The notes under the pieces are model-generated. The model did no database searches. It saw nothing but the letters and a program-made list of their open reading frames with translations, and had not been told where the DNA came from. Of a stretch of 64,000 nucleotides of DNA, positions 60,833-64,000 are shown piece after piece. Location: NCBI GenBank assembly GCA_963676915.2, contig CAXXVK010000019.1:1-64000 (forward strand). Direction: 5' to 3'. Every line of letters begins with the position of its first letter. Position 1 is the first letter of the stretch. The position numbers were made by a program, and so were the translations under genes. This DNA comes from Myxococcota bacterium (GTDB taxonomy: Bacteria > Myxococcota_A > SURF-8 > G963663525).

Positions 60833-61852
60833 TTATTTGCCTGAAATTCGCTTCCAACTGCGTCCGCCATCACGAGTGACGAGAATGTGCCCGCGCCCTC
60901 CCGCAACGAAACCGGTCTGGTCGTCGAGAAAGGCGATGGTCGAAAGCCACGTATAGATTTCATTGGGCAGATTCTTCCAATTGCGCAGGATGCGTCCTTC
61001 CTGTCCGACCGAGAAAATGACGGGATTCTCTTCGGTGCCGGGTAGGATCGTGAAATCGAACAAGTGAAGTTCCGATTCCGAAGGCCGACGAACCCAGGTC
61101 ACACCGGCGTCCTCAGTCGTTAGTACAGTGGTTTCCGCACCGACGATCATTCCATGGGTCGGCGATTGAAATTGGATACTGTACAGCGGTTTGACGAGGT
61201 TGGTCACCTGTTTCGTCCAGGTTTCGCCACCGTCTTCGGTATGAATCACCGTACCGAACTCGCCTGCGATCCAACCGGTTTTTCGGTCGAGGAAGTAGAC
61301 GCTGTTGAAGCCCGGTTCGTCCACTTCATCCTCGGGCAGCACGTATTCTTGTCGAACCCAGGTTTCGCCACCGTCTTGGGTGTGGAAAATCGTGCTGAAG
61401 TGACCCACGGCCCAGCCGAATTTATCGTCTACCATGAACAGCTCGAACAGCGGTTCTTTGCACAGAGAATCCAGCAATTTCCAAGTCTTGCCGCCGTCCG
61501 TCGTGCGCAGGACAACTCCTCGGCTGCCAACGGCTACGCCAAGTTTCTCGGTGGGGAACTTCAGCGAGAAAATCGCCTCGACCGTCTTGGTTTCATGCAA
61601 GCGGAAGGTTTTGCCTTTATCGTTGGAACTCAGCATGCGTCCCGGTGAGCCGACAACCCAGACCGTTCCGGTTTTCTCTACGTACTCGATGTCGTAGAAG
61701 CGGTCTCGGTGGTCGATCATCTCCAAAACGCTCTTGGTCTTTTCTTCTCCTTCGATCAGGCGTTTCAAGACCTTCCCCGCAAATGCGGAAGAAGCGAGCG
61801 AATTGGAGATCAACAGGCAGGACAGAACGAGAAAAAATGTCCGTACCCGCAT
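60833..61852 (-). CDS. YCF48/BNR-repeat beta-propeller protein (COG4447-like)
   Basis: Repeated T.DGG.TW Asp-boxes; GWAVG..G.I. Confidence 0.9.
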   Translation of the reverse strand: MRVRTFFLVLSCLLISNSLASSAFAGKVLKRLIEGEEKTKSVLEMIDHRDRFYDIEYVEKTGTVWVVGSPGRMLSSNDKGKTFRLHETKTVEAIFSLKFPTEKLGVAVGSRGVVLRTTDGGKTWKLLDSLCKEPLFELFMVDDKFGWAVGHFSTIFHTQDGGETWVRQEYVLPEDEVDEPGFNSVYFLDRKTGWIAGEFGTVIHTEDGGETWTKQVTNLVKPLYSIQFQSPTHGMIVGAETTVLTTEDAGVTWVRRPSESELHLFDFTILPGTEENPVIFSVGQEGRILRNWKNLPNEIYTWLSTIAFLDDQTGFVAGGRGHILVTRDGGRSWKRISGK

Positions 61853-63153
61853 TAACGGCTCCTTTTACGTAAGGCAGCGGTGGTGAAGTCGGCCGGGTCG
61901 AGATCGACGTTGACTTTGTTCTCGAACCACGGAAACGCGGTGGCGTGTTCCGCTTGCAGGTCGATGGCGACGCAGGTTCCCAGTTCCGGCGGCAATTCGT
62001 CCATATCGGGCGATTCGTTGAAGCCGATAATCACGACTTTCCAAAGGTCTCCCTTTTTGTCGTAGGCTTCTTTGTAGGGCAGCAGGAAGGTTTCTGCATC
62101 GATGTAAAACAGTTGCTTGCTGTACGGATATTCCGACATTTTCGGAGTGACTTCAACGATGTACACCGGGCGAGGTTCCCAGCTCATTTTGGGATTCCAA
62201 TGGGGATAGTTTTTGAAGTCGTAGGTATCTTCGATGTGCTCTTTGCCAAGTTTGACTTCCGCATGCATCGGCATCAGCATGGTGTCTTTCTTGACGAGTT
62301 TCCAGTTCATCCATTCCGGATAACCCAGGTAGCCGCGTACGTCTTCATACAGCAGGTCGGTGGAGTTCCAGGTGTCGCCACGGGTTCCGAAGGTGTTTTT
62401 CAGGATGCGGCGCATCTGGGGAACGTAAATGACGCCCTGTTGGTCGCGGGGTTCGACCGAGCGACTGTAAACCGCGCCGAATCCGCGTTTGTCCAGCGGA
62501 GAAAGCGCATACGTGATAGCCGTGTACTGTTCCTGCTTCTTCTCGAAGTGGGGAAGGTGGGGTTTGGGGTCCATGTCGGTGCGGTACATGGTCCGCATGA
62601 TGAAGGCCCAACGCCATTCTTCGTGATGTTCTACGCCGCCGGAGGCCGAAATCCAGTAGACGCCATACAGGTTGTCTCCGGTGTCCCCGTTGTATCCATA
62701 GATGAAGTTCCAGGAGATTTCCAATCCGTTTTTCGGCTGCGGGAAGGGCAGTCCGGCCGTATAGTTGGCAAGACCGCGTTTGCGAATGCTGTTTCCGATA
62801 TCTATCAGCTTGGGTTGACCGTTATACTTGTTCGTTGCCTCGATATATCCCTCGGAAGGATGAATCGGTTTGTAGGCGTTGACTTTCATGGTCAGGTTGT
62901 ATTTGTCGATGAGCAGTTTCAGAGCCGGGGCGATGTACCCATCCATACCTCGGTATTTGCCTTTTTTGATTTTTTTGCCGACTGCGACGGTTCCTTTGGA
63001 GAAATCAGGCTTGAAACCAACCTGTTCTCCCCATTTGTCCGAGGTGAATTTCGGTCCCGCAGATACGAGAGATAATCCAATACTTACTGAAATCACTAGG
63101 GAAAATAGACCGAGAAAGACAAGCTTCCTTGAAAAAGAAGTCCGCATAGCCAT
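61852..63153 (-). CDS. DUF1329-family (LolA-like) periplasmic protein
   Basis: [14 protein letters not shown]; IYVPQMRR; [13 protein letters not shown]; YDKKGDLWK. Start 63153 or 63147. Confidence 0.88.
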   Translation of the reverse strand: MAMRTSFSRKLVFLGLFSLVISVSIGLSLVSAGPKFTSDKWGEQVGFKPDFSKGTVAVGKKIKKGKYRGMDGYIAPALKLLIDKYNLTMKVNAYKPIHPSEGYIEATNKYNGQPKLIDIGNSIRKRGLANYTAGLPFPQPKNGLEISWNFIYGYNGDTGDNLYGVYWISASGGVEHHEEWRWAFIMRTMYRTDMDPKPHLPHFEKKQEQYTAITYALSPLDKRGFGAVYSRSVEPRDQQGVIYVPQMRRILKNTFGTRGDTWNSTDLLYEDVRGYLGYPEWMNWKLVKKDTMLMPMHAEVKLGKEHIEDTYDFKNYPHWNPKMSWEPRPVYIVEVTPKMSEYPYSKQLFYIDAETFLLPYKEAYDKKGDLWKVVIIGFNESPDMDELPPELGTCVAIDLQAEHATAFPWFENKVNVDLDPADFTTAALRKRSR

Positions 63154-63364
63154 TATCCTCTCCTCTGGTTTGAAAAATTCTACAGTGCCTATTCATTTTT
63201 GTACGCTTCTTATTGAATACCATGATCCCTTACTATTTGAAATTTTTTTTATCCAACTTCTGGACTCCATACTTGATTTTCTTCCGATTTTCCGTGATGG
63301 TCTGAAAGAAAAAAAGGATGTCCAACCCTTGTCATCCGCCGTTCGGTGGGAAACAGGATACGTG

Positions 63365-64000
63365 ATGCCGTCAATTGTCGTTCAGAAATATGGTGGATCG
63401 TCCCTGGCGGACGAAGAGAAAATCAAAGCCGTAGCCAAAAGGATCGTCGCCACGAAAGAAAAGGGTTATGCACCCGTGGCTGTGGTTTCCGCAATGGGCA
63501 AAACCACGGACCAGCTTTTACGTCAGGCCAAGGCGATCACGGAAAATCCCTCCAGCCGCGAACTGGATATGCTGTTGTCCGTCGGTGAACGTATCACGAT
63601 GAGTTTGTTATCCCTGGCGATTCAAGAACTGGGATACACGGCGGTTTCACTGACAGGGAGCCAGTGTGGCATCATTACGTCTGATTCTCATTCGAACGCC
63701 AAAATCATCGATATCCGTCCTGTGCGAGTTGAAGATGAGGTACGGCGAGGAAATATCGTGATCGTCGCCGGATTCCAAGGAATGAGCTATCGGCGTGAAA
63801 TCACGACGTTGGGACGTGGCGGGTCCGATACGACCGCTGTTGCTTTAGCTGCTGCTCTGGACGCCCAATGGTGCGAAATCTGTTCGGATGTCGAAGGCGT
63901 TTTTACCACGGACCCAAATGCGGTGCCGGAAGCCCGTTTGCTTTCGGAAATCAGTTACGACGAAATGGAAGCTTTGGGAGTCGCCGGGGCAAAGGTGCTC
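63365..64000 (+). CDS. lysC: Aspartate kinase (3'-partial; absent from the supplied ORF track)
   Basis: Read from the sequence: [73 protein letters not shown]. Confidence 0.96.
   Translation, partial: MPSIVVQKYGGSSLADEEKIKAVAKRIVATKEKGYAPVAVVSAMGKTTDQLLRQAKAITENPSSRELDMLLSVGERITMSLLSLAIQELGYTAVSLTGSQCGIITSDSHSNAKIIDIRPVRVEDEVRRGNIVIVAGFQGMSYRREITTLGRGGSDTTAVALAAALDAQWCEICSDVEGVFTTDPNAVPEARLLSEISYDEMEALGVAGAKVL

Noticed and set aside
63160-63364. Lysine riboswitch upstream of lysC
   Set aside because: AT-rich, short divergent region without the L-box AGAGGNGC/GAAAGG motifs.

Overview
64 kb of bacterial chromosome, most consistent with an anaerobic Deltaproteobacteria/Myxococcota-like diderm (inferred from gene content, not tested). 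Core genes are ligA, rplM-rpsI, hemB, a PduO-type cobalamin adenosyltransferase, skp-lpxD-lpxA, hslO, a plsC-like gene, tRNA-Asn(GTT) and a partial lysC. They are interleaved with many orphan lipoproteins, several carrying a DGD-acidic linker and eukaryote-like Cys-rich (disintegrin/EGF-like) stalks, and with lipid uptake/catabolism genes (FadL, crotonase, SCP2-like + Fe-ADH, DUF1329-YCF48-RND). The best candidate for an undescribed system lies at 42-54 kb. A dCache/HAMP/PAS kinase and an NtrC-type activator precede a sigma54 promoter (with candidate UAS and IHF sites). Downstream are an anion-type porin, a TauE transporter, and a signal-less PhsA/PsrA-type molybdoenzyme with an FeS subunit. 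The usual membrane anchor is absent and an NADPH-type GltD/NfnB/DsrL-like flavoprotein is present instead. Other notable signals: a QLDLF clamp-binding motif inserted in LigA, two TA-flanked MITE families, nested REP pairs, a His-less DUF4198 protein, a poly-A frameshift in a lipase-like lipoprotein beside FadL, and three copies of a candidate TetR operator. No CRISPR, rRNA or intact transposase/integrase was seen. All family assignments are by motif recognition; no database searches were run.
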